Shown: positions 15,121 to 29,699, numbered from the stretch's first letter. The stretch is 64,000 nucleotides of DNA from Balanoglossus misakiensis (GCA_040954595.2 JBECUI020000043.1:1-64000); one strand, 5' to 3'. The notes: generated by a model from the sequence alone, not told the origin. Program-made: numbers and translations.

Positions 15121-17100
15121 AAAAAACCATGGGTCAGGAAAATCGTCAAAAATCGAGGATTTTTCGACTTTGCGAATTTTTAAAATTTGGTCATTTTTTG
15201 AAAAAACCATGGGTTATAGCTCAGGAAAATCGTCAAAAATCGAGGATTTTTCGACTTTGCGAATTTTGAAAATTTGGTCATTTTTATGAAAAAACCATGG
15301 GTTATAGCTCAGGAAAATCGTCAAAAATCGAGGATTTTTCGACTTTGCGAATTTTGAAAATTTGGTCATTTTTATGAAAAAACCATGGGTTTTAGCTCTG
15401 GAAAATCGTCAAAAATCGAGGATTTTTCGAGTTTGCGATTTTTGAAAATTTGGTCATTTTTTGAAAAAACCATGGGTTATAGCTCAGGAAAATCGTCAAA
15501 AATCGAGGATTTTTCGAGTTTGCGAATTTTGAAAATTTGGTCATTTTTGAAAAAACCATGGGTTATAGCTCAGGAAAATCGTCAAAAATCGAGGATTTTT
15601 CGACTTTGCGAATTTTGAAAATTTGGTCATTTTTTGAAAAAACCATGGGTTATAGCTCAGGAAAATCGTCAAAAATCGAGGATTTTTCGACTTTGCGAAT
15701 TTTGAAAATTTGGTCATTTTTTGAAAAAACCATGGGTTATAGCTCAGGAAAATCGTCAAAAATCGAGGATTTTTCGACTTTGCGAATTTTGAAAATTTGG
15801 TCATTTTTTGAAAAAAACCATGGGTTATAGCTCAGGAAAATCGTCAAAAATCGAGGATTTTTCGACTTTGCGAATTTTGAAAATTTGGTCATTTTTTGAA
15901 AAAATCATGGGTTATAGCTCAGGAAAATCGTCAAAATCGAGGATTTTTCGACTTTGCGAATTTTGAAAATTTGGTCATTTTTGTAAAAACCATGGGTTAT
16001 AGCTCAGGAAAATCGTCAAAAATCGAGGATTTTTCGACTTTGCGAATTTTGAAAATTTGGTCATTTTTTGAAAAAACCATGGGTTATAGCTCAGGAAAAT
16101 CGTCAAAAATCGAGGATTTTTCTACTTTGCGAATTTTGAAAATTTGGTCATTTTTTGAAAAAAACATGGGTTATAGCTCAGGAAAATCGTCAAAAATCGA
16201 GGATTTTTCGACTTTGCGAATTTTGAAAATTTGGTCATTTTTTGAAAAACCATGGGTTATAGCTCAGGAAAATCGTCAAAAATCGAGGATTTTTCGACTT
16301 TGCGAATTTTTGAAAATTTGGTCATTTTTTGAAAAAACCATGGGTTATAGCTCAGGAAAATCGTCAAAAATCGAGGATTTTTCGACTTTGAAAAACCATG
16401 GGTTATAGCTCAGGAAAATCGTCAAAAATCGAGGATTTTTCGACTTTGCGAATTTTGAAAATTTGGTCATTTTTTGAAAAAACCATGGGTTATAGCTCAG
16501 GAAAATCGTCAAAAATCGAGGATTTTTCGACTTTGCGAATTTTGAAAATTTGGTCATTTTTTGAAAAAACCATGGGTTATAGCTCAGGAAAATCGTCAAA
16601 AATCGAGGATTTTTCGACTTTGCGAATTTTGAAAATTTGGTCATTTTTTGAAAAAACCATGGGTCAGGAAAATCGTCAAAAATCGAGGATTTTTCGACTT
16701 TGCGAATTTTTAAAATTTGGTCATTTTTTGAAAAAACCATGGGTTATAGCTCAGGAAAATCGTCAAAAATCGAGGATTTTTCGACTTTGCGAATTTTGAA
16801 AATTTGGTCATTTTTATGAAAAAACCATGGGTTATAGCTCAGGAAAATCGTCAAAAATCGAGGATTGTTCGACTTTGCGAATTTTGAAAATTTGGTCATT
16901 TTTATGAAAAAACCATGGGTTTTAGCTCTGGAAAATCGTCAAAAATCGAGGATTTTTCGAGTTTGCGATTTTTGAAAATTTGGTCATTTTTTGAAAAAAC
17001 CATGGGTTATAGCTCAGGAAAATCGTCAAAAATCGAGGATTTTTCGAGTTTGCGAATTTTGAAAATTTGGTCATTTTTTGAAAAAACCATGGGTTATAGC
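15121..17100. repeat. Higher-order block duplication in the satellite, offset 1,530 bp (boundaries approximate)
   Basis: The same run of rare variants (7-bp deletion GGGTCAGG, TTTTTAAAA, TTTAGCTCTGG, GAGTTTGCGATT) occurs at 15131/15181/15391/15429 and again at 16661/16711/16921/16959. Confidence 0.85.
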
Positions 17101-20100
17101 TCAGGAAAATCGTCAAAAATCGAGGATTTTTCGACTTTGCGAATTTTGAAAATTTGGTCATTTTTTGAAAAAACCATGGGTTATAGCTCAGGAAAATCGT
17201 CAAAAATCGAGGATTTTTCGACTTTGCGAATTTTGAAAATTTGGTCATTTTTTGAAAAAACCATGGGTTATAGCTCAGGAAAATCGTCAAAAATCGAGGA
17301 TTTTTCGACTTTGCGAATTTTGAAAATTTGGTCATTTTTTGAAAAAACCATGGGTTATAGCTCAGGAAAATCGTCAAAAATCGAGGATTTTTCGACTTTG
17401 CGAATTTTGAAAATTTGGTCATTTTTTGCAAAAAACCATGGGTTATAGCTCAGGAAAATCGTCAAAAATCGAGGATTTTTCGACTTTGCGAATTTTGAAA
17501 ATTTGGTCATTTTTTGAAAAAACCATGGGTTATAGCTCAGGAAAATCGTCAAAAATCGAGGATTTTTCGACTTTGCGAATTTTGAAAATTTGGTCATTTT
17601 TTGAAAAAACCATGGGTTATAGCTCAGGAAAATCGTCAAAAATCGAGGATTTTTCGACTTTGCGAATTTTGAAAATTTGGTCATTTTTTGAAAAAACCAT
17701 GGGTTATCTCAGGAAATCGTCAAAAATCGAGGATTTTTCGACTTTGCGAATTTTGAAAATTTGGTCATTTTTTGAAAAAACCATGGGTTATAGCTCAGGA
17801 AAATCGTCAAAAATCGAGGATTTTTCGACTTTGCGAATTTTGAAAATTTGGTCATTTTTTGAAAAAACCATGGGTTATAGCTCAGGAAAATCGTCAAAAA
17901 TCGAGGATTTTTCGACTTTGCGAATTTTGAAAATTTGGTCATTTTTTGAAAAAACCATGGGTTATAGCTCAGGAAAATCGTCAAAAATCGAGGATTTTTC
18001 GACTTTGCGAATTTTGAAAATTTGGTCATTTTTTGAAAAAACCATGGGTTATAGCTCAGGAAAATCGTCAAAAATCGAGGATTTTTCGACTTTGCGAATT
18101 TTGAAAATTTGGTCATTTTTTGAAAAAACCATGGGTTATAGCTCAGGAAAATCGTCAAAAATCGAGGATTTTTCGACTTTGCGAATTTTGAAAATTTGGT
18201 CATTTTTTGAAAAAACCATGGGTTATAGCTCAGGAAAATCGTCAAAAATCGAGGATTTTTCGACTTTGCGAATTTTGAAAATTTGGTCATTTTTATGAAA
18301 AAACCATGGGTTATAGCTCAGGAAAATCGTCAAAAATCGAGGATTTTTCGACTTTGCGAATTTTGAAAATTTGGTCATTTTTATGAAAAAACCATGGGTT
18401 ATAGCTCAGGAAAATCGTCAAAAATCGAGGATTTTTCGACTTTGCGAATTTTGAAAATTTGGTCATTTTTATGAAAAAACCATGGGTTATAGCTCAGGAA
18501 AATCGTCAAAAATCGAGGATTTTTCGACTTTGCAAATTTTGAAAATTTGGTCATTTTTTGAAAAAACCATGGGTTATAGCTCAGAAAAATCGTCAAAAAT
18601 CGAGGATTTTTCGACTTTGCGAATTTTCAAAATTTGGTCATTTTTTGAAAAAACCATGGGTTATAGCTCAGGAAAATCGTCAAAAATCGAGGATTTTTCG
18701 ACTTTGCGAATTTTGAAAATTTGGTCATTTTTTGAAAAAACCATGGGTTATAGCTCAGGAAAATCGTCAAAAATCGAGGATTTTTCGACTTTGCGAATTT
18801 TGAAAATTTGGTCATTTTTTGAAAAAACCATGGGTTATAGCTCAGGAAAATCGTCAAAAATCGAGGATTTTTCGACTTTGCGAATTTTGAAAATTTGGTC
18901 ATTTTTTGAAAAAACCATGGGTTATAGCTCAGGAAAATCGTCAAAAATCGAGGATTTTTCGACTTTGCGAATTTTGAAAATTTGGTCATTTTTTGAAAAA
19001 ACCATGGGTTATAGCTCAGGAAAATCGTCAAAAATCGAGGATTTTTCGACTTTGCGAATTTTGAAAATTTGGTCATTTTTATGAAAAAACCATGGGTTAT
19101 AGCTCAGGAAAATCGTCAAAAATCGAGGATTTTTCGACTTTGCGAATTTTGAAAATTTGGTCATTTTTATGAAAAAACCATGGGTTATAGCTCAGGAAAA
19201 TCGTCAAAAATCGAGGATTTTTCGACTTTGCGAATTTTGAAAATTTGGTCATTTTTATGAAAAAACCATGGGTTATAGCTCAGGAAAATCGTCAAAAATC
19301 GAGGATTTTTCGACTTTGCGAATTTTGAAAATTTGGTCATTTTTATGAAAAAACCATGGGTTATAGCTCAGGAAAATCGTCAAAAATCGAGGATTTTTCG
19401 ACTTTGCGAATTTTGAAAATTTGGTCATTTTTTGAAAAAACCATGGGTTATAGCTCAGAAAAATCGTCAAAAATCGAGGATTTTTCGACTTTGCGAATTT
19501 TGAAAATTTGGTCATTTTTTGAAAAAACCATGGGTTATAGCTCAGGAAAATCGTCAAAAATCGAGGATTTTTCGACTTTGCGAATTTTGAAAATTTGGTC
19601 ATTTTTTGAAAAAACCATGGGTTATAGCTCAGGAAAATCGTCAAAAATCGAGGATTTTTCGACTTTGCGAATTTTGAAAATTTGGTCATTTTTTGAAAAA
19701 ACCATGGGTTATAGCTCAGGAAAATCGTCAAAAATCGAGGATTTTTCGACTTTGCGAATTTTGAAAATTTGGTCAGTTTTTGAAAAAACCATGGGTTATA
19801 GCTCAGGAAAATCGTCAAAAATCGAGGATTTTTCGACTTTGCGAATTTTGAAAATTTGGTCATTTTTTGAAAAAAACCATGGGTTATAGCTCAGGAAAAT
19901 CGTCAAAAATCGAGGATTTTTCGACTTTGCGAATTTTGAAAATTTGGTCATTTTTTGAAAAAAACCATGGGTTATAGCTCAGGAAAATCGTCAAAAATCG
20001 AGGATTTTTCGACTTTGCGAATTTTGAAAATTTGGTCATTTTTTGAAAAAACCATGGGTTATAGCTCAGGAAAATCGTCAAAAATCGAGGATTTTTCGAC

Positions 20101-21769
20101 TTTGCGAATTTTGAAAATTTGGTCATTTTTTGAAAAAACCATGGGTTATAGCTCAGGAAAATCGTCAAAAATCGAGGATTTTTCGACTTTGCGAATTTTG
20201 AAAATTTGGTCATTTTTTGAAAAAACCATGGGTTATAGCTCAGGAAAATCGTCAAAAATCGAGGATTTTTCGACTTTGCGAATTTTGAAAATTTGGTCAT
20301 TTTTTGAAAAAAACCATGGGTTATAGCTCAGGAAAATCGTCAAAAATCGAGGATTTTTCGACTTTGCGAATTTTGAAAATTTGGTCATTTTTTGAAAAAA
20401 ACCATGGGTTATAGCTCAGGAAAATCGTCAAAAATCGAGGATTTTTCGACTTTGCGTATTTTCAAAATTTGGTCATTTTTTGAAAAAACCATGGGTTATA
20501 GCTCAGGAAAATCGTCAAAAATCGAGGATTTTTCGACTTTGCGAATTTTGAAAATTTGGTCATTTTTTGAAAAAACCATGGGTTATAGCTCAGGAAAATC
20601 GTCAAAAAGCGAGGATTTTTCGACTTTGCGAATTTTGAAAATTTGGTCATTTTTTGAAAAAACCATGGGTTATAGCTCAGGAAAATCGTCAAAAATCGAG
20701 GATTTTTCGACTTTGCGAATTTTGAAAATTTGGTCATTTTTTGAAAAAACCATGGGTTATAGCTCAGGAAAATCGTCAAAAATCGAGGATTTTTCGACTT
20801 TGCGAATTTTGAAAATTTGGTCATTTTTTGAAAAAACCATGGGTTATAGCTCAGGAAAATCGTCAAAAATCGAGGATTTTTCGACTTTGCGAATTTTGAA
20901 AATTTGGTCATTTTTTGAAAAAACCATGGGTTATAGCTCAGGAAAATCGTCAAAAATCGAGGATTTTTCGACTTTGCGAATTTTGAAAATTTGGTCATTT
21001 TTTGAAAAAACCATGGGTTATCGTCAAAAATCGAGGATTTTTCGACTTTGCGAATTTTGAAAATTTGGTCATTTTTTGAAAAAACCATGGGTTATAGCTC
21101 AGGAAAATCGTCAAAAATCGAGGATTTTTCGACTTTGCGAATTTTGAAAATTTGGTCATTTTTTGAAAAAACCATGGGTTATAGCTCAGAAAATCGTCAA
21201 AAATCGAGGATTTTTCGACTTTGCGAATTTTGAAAATTTGGTCATTTTTTGAAAAAACCATGGGTTATAGCTCAGGAAAATCGTCAAAAATCGAGGATTT
21301 TTCGACTTTGCGAATTTTGAAAATTTGGTCATTTTTTGAAAAAACCATGGGTTATAGCTCAGGAAAATCGTCAAAATCGAGGATTTTTCGACTTTGCGAA
21401 TTTTGAAAATTTGGTCATTTTTTGAAAAAACCATGGGTTATAGCTCAGGAAAATCGTCAAAAATCGAGGATTTTTCGACTTTGCGAATTTTGAAAATTTG
21501 GTCATTTTTTGAAAAAACCATGGGTTATAGCTCAGGAAAATCGTCAAAAATCGAGGATTTTTCGACTTTGCGAATTTTGAAAATTTGGTCATTTTTTGAA
21601 AAAACCATGGGTTATAGCTCAGGAAAATCGTCAAAAATCGAGGATTTTTCGACTTTGCGAATTTTGAAAATTTGGTCATTTTTTGAAAAAACCATGGGTT
21701 ATAGCTCAGGAAAATCGTCAAAAATCGAGGATTTTTCGACTTTGCGAATTTTGAAAATTTGGTCATTTT

Positions 21770-24700
21770 TATGAAAAAACCAGGAAAATCGTCAAAAATC
21801 GAGGATTTTTCGACTTTGCGAATTTTGAAAATTTGGTCATTTTTATGAAAAAACCATGGGTTATAGCTCAGGAAAATCGTCAAAAATCGAGGATTTTTCG
21901 ACTTTGCGAATTTTGAAAATTTGGTCATTTTTATGAAAAAACCATGGGTTATAGCTCAGGAAAATCGTCAAAAATCGAGGATTTTTCGACTTTGCGAATT
22001 TTGAAAATTTGGTCATTTTTATGAAAAAACCATGGGTTATAGCTCAGGAAAATCGTCAAAAATCGAGGATTTTTCGACTTTGCAAATTTTGAAAATTTAG
22101 TCATTTTTTGAAAAAACCATGGGTTATAGCTCAGGAAAATCGTCAAAAATCGAGGATTTTTCGACTTTGCGAATTTTGAAAATTTGGTCATTTTTTGAAA
22201 AAACCATGGGTTATAGCTCAGGAAAATCGTCAAAAATCGAGGATTTTTCGACTTTGCGAATTTTGAAAATTTGGTCATTTTTTGAAAAAACCATGGGTTA
22301 TAGCTCAGGAAAATCGTCAAAAATCGAGGATTTTTCGACTTTGCGAATTTTGAAAATTTGGTCATTTTTTGAAAAAACCATGGGTTATAGCTCAGGAAAA
22401 TCGTCAAAAATCGAGGATTTTTCGACTTTGCGAATTTTGAAAATTTGGTCATTTTTGAAAAAAACCATGGGTTATAACTCAGGAAAATCGTCAAAAATCG
22501 AGGATTTTTCGACTTTGCGAATTTTGAAAATTTGGTCATTTTTTGAAAAAACCATGGGTTATAGCTCAGGAAAATCGTCAAAAATCGAGGATTTTTCGAG
22601 TTTGCGAATTTTGAAAATTTGGTCATTTTTTGAAAAAACCATGGGTTATAGCTCAGGAAAATCGTCAAAAATCGAGGATTTTTCGAGTTTGCGAATTTTG
22701 AAAATTTGGTCATTTTTTGAAAAAAACATGGGATATAGCTCAGGAAAATCGTCAAAATCGAGGATTTTTCGACTTTGCGAATTTTGAAAATTTGGTCATT
22801 TTTTTGAAAAAACCATGGGTTATAGCTCAGGAAAATCGTCAAAAATCGAGGATTTTTCGACTTTGCGAATTTTGAAAATTTGGTCATTTTTTGAAAAAAC
22901 CATGGGTTATAGCTCAGGAAAATCGTCAAAAATCGAGGATTTTTCGACTTTGCGAATTTTGAAAATTTGGTCACTTTTTGAAAAAACCATGGGTTATAGC
23001 TCAGGAAAATCGTCAAAAATCGAGGATTTTTCGACTTTGCGAATTTTGAAAATTTGGTGTCAAAAATCGAGGATTTTTCGACTTTGCGAATTTTGAAATT
23101 TGGTCATTTTTTGAAAAAACCATGGGTTATAGCTCAGGAAAATCGTCAAAAATCGAGGATTTTTCGACTTTGCGAATTTTGAAAATTTGGTCATTTTTAT
23201 GAAAAAACCATGGGTTATAGCTCAGGAAAATCGTCAAAAATCGAGGATTTTTCGACTTTGCGAATTTTGAAAATTTGGTCATTTTTATGAAAAAACCATG
23301 GGTTATAGCTCAGGAAAATCGTCAAAAATCGAGGATTTTTCGACTTTGCGAATTTTGAAAATTTGGTCATTTTTATGAAAAAACCATGGGTTATAGCTCA
23401 GGAAAATCGTCAAAAATCGAGGATTTTTCGACTTTGCGAATTTTGAAAATTTGGTCATTTTTTGAAAAAACCATGGGTTATAGCTCAGGAAAATCGTCAA
23501 AAATCGAGGATTTTTCGACTTTGCGAATTTTGAAAATTTGGTCATTTTTTGAAAAAACCATGGGTTATAGCTCAGGAAAATCGTCAAAAATCGAGGATTT
23601 TTCGACTTTGCGAATTTTGAAAATTTGGTCATTTTTTGAAAAAACCATGGGTTATAGCTCAGGAAAATCGTCAAAAATCGAGGATTTTTCGACTTTGCGA
23701 ATTTTGAAAATTTGGTCATTTTTTGAAAAAACCATGGGTTATAGCTCAGGAAAATCGTCAAAAATCGAGGATTTTTCGACTTTGCGAATTTTGAAAATTT
23801 GGTCATTTTTTGAAAAAACCATGGGTTATAGCTCAGGAAAATCGTCAAAAATCGAGGATTTTTCGACTTTGCGAATTTTGAAAATTTGGTCATTTTTTGA
23901 AAAAACCATGGGTTATAGCTCAGGAAAATCGTCAAAAATCGAGGATTTTTCGACTTTGCGAATTTTGAAAATTTGGTCATTTTTATGAAAAAACCAGGAA
24001 AATCGTCAAAAATCGAGGATTTTTCGACTTTGCGAATTTTGAAAATTTGGTCATTTTTATGAAAAAACCATGGGTTATAGCTCAGGAAAATCGTCAAAAA
24101 TCGAGGATTTTTCGACTTTGCGAATTTTGAAAATTTGGTCATTTTTATGAAAAAACCATGGGTTATAGCTCAGGAAAATCGTCAAAAATCGAGGATTTTT
24201 CGACTTTGCGAATTTTGAAAATTTGGTCATTTTTATGAAAAAACCATGGGTTATAGCTCAGGAAAATCGTCAAAAATCGAGGATTTTTCGACTTTGCAAA
24301 TTTTGAAAATTTAGTCATTTTTTGAAAAAACCATGGGTTATAGCTCAGGAAAATCGTCAAAAATCGAGGATTTTTCGACTTTGCGAATTTTGAAAATTTG
24401 GTCATTTTTTGAAAAAACCATGGGTTATAGCTCAGGAAAATCGTCAAAAATCGAGGATTTTTCGACTTTGCGAATTTTGAAAATTTGGTCATTTTTTGAA
24501 AAAACCATGGGTTATAGCTCAGGAAAATCGTCAAAAATCGAGGATTTTTCGACTTTGCGAATTTTGAAAATTTGGTCATTTTTTGAAAAAACCATGGGTT
24601 ATAGCTCAGGAAAATCGTCAAAAATCGAGGATTTTTCGACTTTGCGAATTTTGAAAATTTGGTCATTTTTTGAAAAAAACCATGGGTTATAACTCAGGAA

Positions 24701-25500
24701 AATCGTCAAAAATCGAGGATTTTTCGACTTTGCGAATTTTGAAAATTTGGTCATTTTTTGAAAAAACCATGGGTTATAGCTCAGGAAAATCGTCAAAAAT
24801 CGAGGATTTTTCGAGTTTGCGAATTTTGAAAATTTGGTCATTTTTTGAAAAAACCATGGGTTATAGCTCAGGAAAATCGTCAAAAATCGAGGATTTTTTT
24901 CGAGTTTGCGAATTTTGAAAATTTGGTCATTTTTTGAAAAAAACATGGGATATAGCTCAGGAAAATCGTCAAAAATCGAGGATTTTTCGACTTTGCGAAT
25001 TTTGAAAATTTGGTCATTTTTTGAAAAAACCATGGGTTATAGCTCAGGAAAATCGTCAAAAATCGAGGATTTTTCGACTTTGCGATTTTGAAAATTTGGT
25101 CATTTTTTGAAAAAACCATGGGTTATAGCTCAGGAAAATCGTCAAAAATCGAGGATTTTTCGACTTTGCGAATTTTGAAAATTTGGTCACTTTTTTGAAA
25201 AAACCATGGGTTATAGCTCAGGAAAATCGTCAAAAATCGAGGATTTTTCGACTTTGCGAATTTTGAAAATTTGGTGTCAAAAATCGAGGATTTTTCGACT
25301 TTGCGAAATTTTGAAAATTTGGTCATTTTTTGAAAAAACCATGGGTTATAGCTCAGGAAAATCGTCAAAAATCGAGGATTTTCGACTTTGCGAATTTTGA
25401 AAATTTGGTCATTTTTATGAAAAAACCATGGGTTATAGCTCAGGAAAATCGTCAAAAATCGAGGATTTTTCGACTTTGCGAATTTTGAAAAATTTGGTCA
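21770..25500. repeat. Higher-order repeat of about 2,214 bp (about 26 monomers), two copies (boundaries approximate)
   Basis: Paired markers: 14-bp deletion AAACCAGG at 21780/23994, AATTTAGTC at 22098/24312, GTTATAACTC at 22471/24686, GGATATAG at ~22731/~24948, GTCACTTTT at ~22971/~25187, 40-bp deletion TTTGGTGTC at ~23053/~25270. Confidence 0.9.
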
Positions 25501-28500
25501 TTTTTATGAAAAAACCATGGGTTATAGCTCAGGAAAATCGTCAAAAATCGAGGATTTTTCGACTTTGCGAATTTTGAAAATTTGGTCATTTTTATGAAAA
25601 AACCATGGGTTATAGCTCAGGAAAATCGTCAAAAATCGAGGATTTTTCGACTTTGCGAATTTTGAAAATTTGGTCATTTTTATGAAAAAACCATGGGTTA
25701 TAGCTCAGGAAAATCGTCAAAAATCGAGGATTTTTCGACTTTGCGAATTTTGAAAATTTGGTCATTTTTATGAAAAAACCATGGGTTATAGCTCAGGAAA
25801 ATCGTCAAAAATCGAGGATTTTTCGACTTTGCGAATTTTGAAAATTTGGTCATTTTTATGAAAAAACCATGGGTTATAGCTCAGGAAAATCGTCAAAAAT
25901 CGAGGATTTTTCGACTTTGCGAATTTTGAAAATTTGGTCATTTTTATGAAAAAACCATGGGTTATAGCTCAGGAAAATCGTCAAAAATCGAGGATTTTTC
26001 GACTTTGCAAATGTTGAAAATTTGGTCATTTTTTGAAAAAACCATGGGTTATAGCTCAGGAAAATCGTCAAAAATCGAGGATTTTTCGACTTTGCGAATT
26101 TTGAAAATTTGGTCATTTTTTGAAAAAACCATGGGTTATAGCTCAGGAAAATCGTCAAAAATCGAGGATTTTTCGACTTTGCGAATTTTGAAAATTTGGT
26201 CATTTTTTGAAAAAACCATGGGTTATAGCTCAGGAAAATCGTCAAAAATCGAGGATTTTTCGACTTTGCGAATTTTGAAAATTTGGTCATTTTTTGAAAA
26301 AACGATGGGTTTATAGCTCAGGAAAATCGTCAAAAATCGAGGATTTTTCGACTTTGGGAATTTTGAAAATTTGGTCATTTTTTGAAAAAACCATGGGTTA
26401 TAGCTCAGGAAAATCGTCAAAAATCGAGGATTTTTCGACTTTGCGAATTTTGAAAATTTGGTCATTTTTTGAAAAAAACCATGGGTTATAGCTCAGGAAA
26501 ATCGTCAAAAATCGAGGATTTTTCGACTTTGCGAATTTTGAAAATTTGGTCATTTTTAGATAAAACCATGGGTTATATAGCTCAGGAAAATCGTCAAAAA
26601 TCGAGGATTTTTCGACTTTGCGAATTTTGAAAATTTGGTCATTTTTTGAAAAAACCATGGGTTATAGCTCAGGAAAATCGTCAAAAATCGAGGATTTTTC
26701 GACTTTGCGAATTTTGAAAATTTGGTCATTTTTAGATAAAACCATGGGTTATATAGCTCAGGAAAATCGTCAAAAATCGAGGATTTTTCGACTTTGCGAA
26801 TTTTGAAAATTTGGTCATTTTTTGAAAAAACCATGGGTTATAGCTCAGGAAAATCGTCAAAAATCGAAGATTTTTCGACTTTGCGAATTTTGAAAATTTG
26901 GTCATTTTTTGAAAAAACCATGGGTTATAGCTCAGGAAAATCGTCAAAAATCGAGGATTTTTCGACTTTGCGAATTTTGAAAATTTGGTCATTTTTTGAA
27001 AAAACCATGGGTTATAGCTCAGGAAAATCGTCAAAAATCGAGGATTTTTCGACTTTGCGAATTTTGAAAATTTGGTCATTTTTTGAAAAAACCATGGGTT
27101 ATAGCTCAGGAAAATCGTCAAAAATCGAGGATTTTTCGACTTTGCGAATTTTCAAAATTTGGTCATTTTTTGAAAAAACCATGGGTTATAGCTCAGGAAA
27201 ATCGTCAAAAAACGAGGATTTTTCGACTTTGCGAATTTTGAAAATTTGGTCATTTTTTGAAAAAACCATGGTTTATAGCTCAGGAAAATCGTCAAAAATC
27301 GAGGATTTTTCGACTTTGCGAATTTTGAAAATTTGGTCATTTTTTGAAAAAACCATGGGTTATAGCTCAGGAAAATCGTCAAAAATCGAGGATTTTTCGA
27401 CTTTGCGAATTTTGAAAATTTGGTCATTTTTTGAAAAAACCATGGGTTATAGCTCAGGAAAATCGTCAAAAATCGAGGATTTTTCGACTTTGCGAATTTT
27501 GAAAATTTGGTCATTTTTTGAAAAAACCATGGGTTATAGCTCAGGAAAATCGTCAAAAATCGAGGATATTTCGACTTTGCGAATTTTGAAAATTTGGTCA
27601 TTTTTTGAAAAAACCATGGGTTATAGCTCAGGAAAATCGTCAAAAATCGAGGATTTTTCGACTTTGCGAATTTTCAAAATTTGGTCATTTTTTGAAAAAA
27701 CCATGGGTTATAGCTCAGGAAAATCGTCAAAAATCGAGGATTTTTCGACTTTGCGAATTTTGAAAATTTGGTCATTTTTTGAAAAAACCATGGGTTATAG
27801 CTCAGGAAAATCGTCAAAAATCGAGGATTTTTCGACTTTGCGAATTTTGAAAACTTGGTCATTTTTGAAAAAAACATGGGTTATAGCTCAGGAAAATCGT
27901 CAAAAATCGAGGATTTTTCGTCTTTGCGAATTTTGAAAATTTGGTCATTTTTTGAAAAAACCATGGGTTATAGCTCAGGAAAATCGACAAAAATCGAGGA
28001 TTTTTCGACTTTGCGAATTTTGAAAATTTGGTCATTTTTTGAAAAAACCATGGGTTATAGCTCAGGAAAATCGACAAAAAACGAGGATTTTTCGACTTTG
28101 CGAATTTTGAAAATTTGGTCATTTTTTGAAAAACCATGGGTTATAGCTCAGGAAAATCGTCAAAAATCGAGGATTTTTCGACTTTGCGAATTTTGAAAAT
28201 TTGGTCATTTTTTGAAAAAACCATGGGTTATAGCTCAGGAAAATCGTCAAAACTCGAGGATTTTTCGACTTTGCGAATTTTCAAAATTTGGTCATTTTTT
28301 GAAAAAACCATGGGTTATAGCTCAGGAAAATCGTCAAAAATCGAGGATTTTTCGACTTTGCGAATTTTCAAAATTTGGTCATTTTTTGAAAAAACCATGG
28401 GTTATAGCTCAGGAAAATCGTCAAAAATCGAGGATTTTTCGACTTTGCGAATTTTGAAAATTTGGTCATTTTTTGAAAAAACCATGGGTTATAGCTCAGG

Positions 28501-29699
28501 AAAATCGTCAAAAATCGAGGATTTTTCGACTTTGCGAATTTTCAAAATTTGGTCATTTTTTGAAAAAACCATGGGTTATAGCTCAGGAAAATCGTCAAAA
28601 ATCGAGGATTTTTCGACTTTGCGAATTTTCAAAATTTGGTCATTTTTTGAAAAAACCATGGGTTATAGCTCAGGAAAATCGTCAAAAATCGAGGATTTTT
28701 CGACTTTGCGAATTTTCAAAATTTGGTCATTTTTTGAAAAAACCATGGGTTATAGCTCAGGAAAATCGTCAAAAATCGAGGATTTTTCGACTTTGCGAAT
28801 TTTCAAAATTTGGTCATTTTTTGAAAAAACCATGGGTTATAGCTCAGGAAAATCGTCAAAAATCGAGGATTTTTCGACTTTGCGAATTTTCAAAATTTGG
28901 TCATTTTTTGAAAAAACCATGGGTTATAGCTCAGGAAAATCGTCAAAAATCGAGGTTTTTTCGACTTTGCGAAATTTCAAAATTTGGTCATTTTTTGAAA
29001 AAACCATGGGTTATAGCTCAGGAAAATCGTCAAAAAACGAGGATTTTTCGACTTTGCGAATTTTGAAAATTTGGTCATTTTTTGAAAAAACCATGGGTTA
29101 TAGCTCAGGAAAATCGTCAAAAACGAGGATTTTTCGACTTTGCGAATTTTGAAAATTTGGTCATTTTTTGAAAAAACCATGGGTTATAGCTCAGGAAAAT
29201 CGTCAAAAATCGAGGATTTTTCGACTTTGCGAATTTTGAAAATTTGGTCATTTTTTGAAAAAACCATGGGTTATAGCTCAGGAAAATCGTCAAAAATCGA
29301 GGATTTTTCGACTTTGCGAATTTTGAAAATTTGGTCATTTTTTGAAAAAACCATGGGTTATAGCTCAGGAAAATCGTCAAAAATCGAGGATTTTTCGACT
29401 TTGCGAATTTTGAAAATTTGGTCATTTTTTGAAAAAACCATGGGTTATAGCTCAGGAAAATCGTCAAAAAACGAGGATTTTTCGACTTTGCGAATTTTGA
29501 AAATTTGGTCATTTTTTGAAAAAACCATGGGTTATAGCTCAGGAAAATCGTCAAAAATCGAGGATTTTTCGACTTTGCGAATTTTCAAAATTTGGTCATT
29601 TTTTGAAAAAACCATGGGTTATAGCTCAGGAAAATCGTCAAAAATCGAGGATTTTTCGACTTTGCGAATTTTGAAAATTTGGTCATTTTTGAAAAAACC

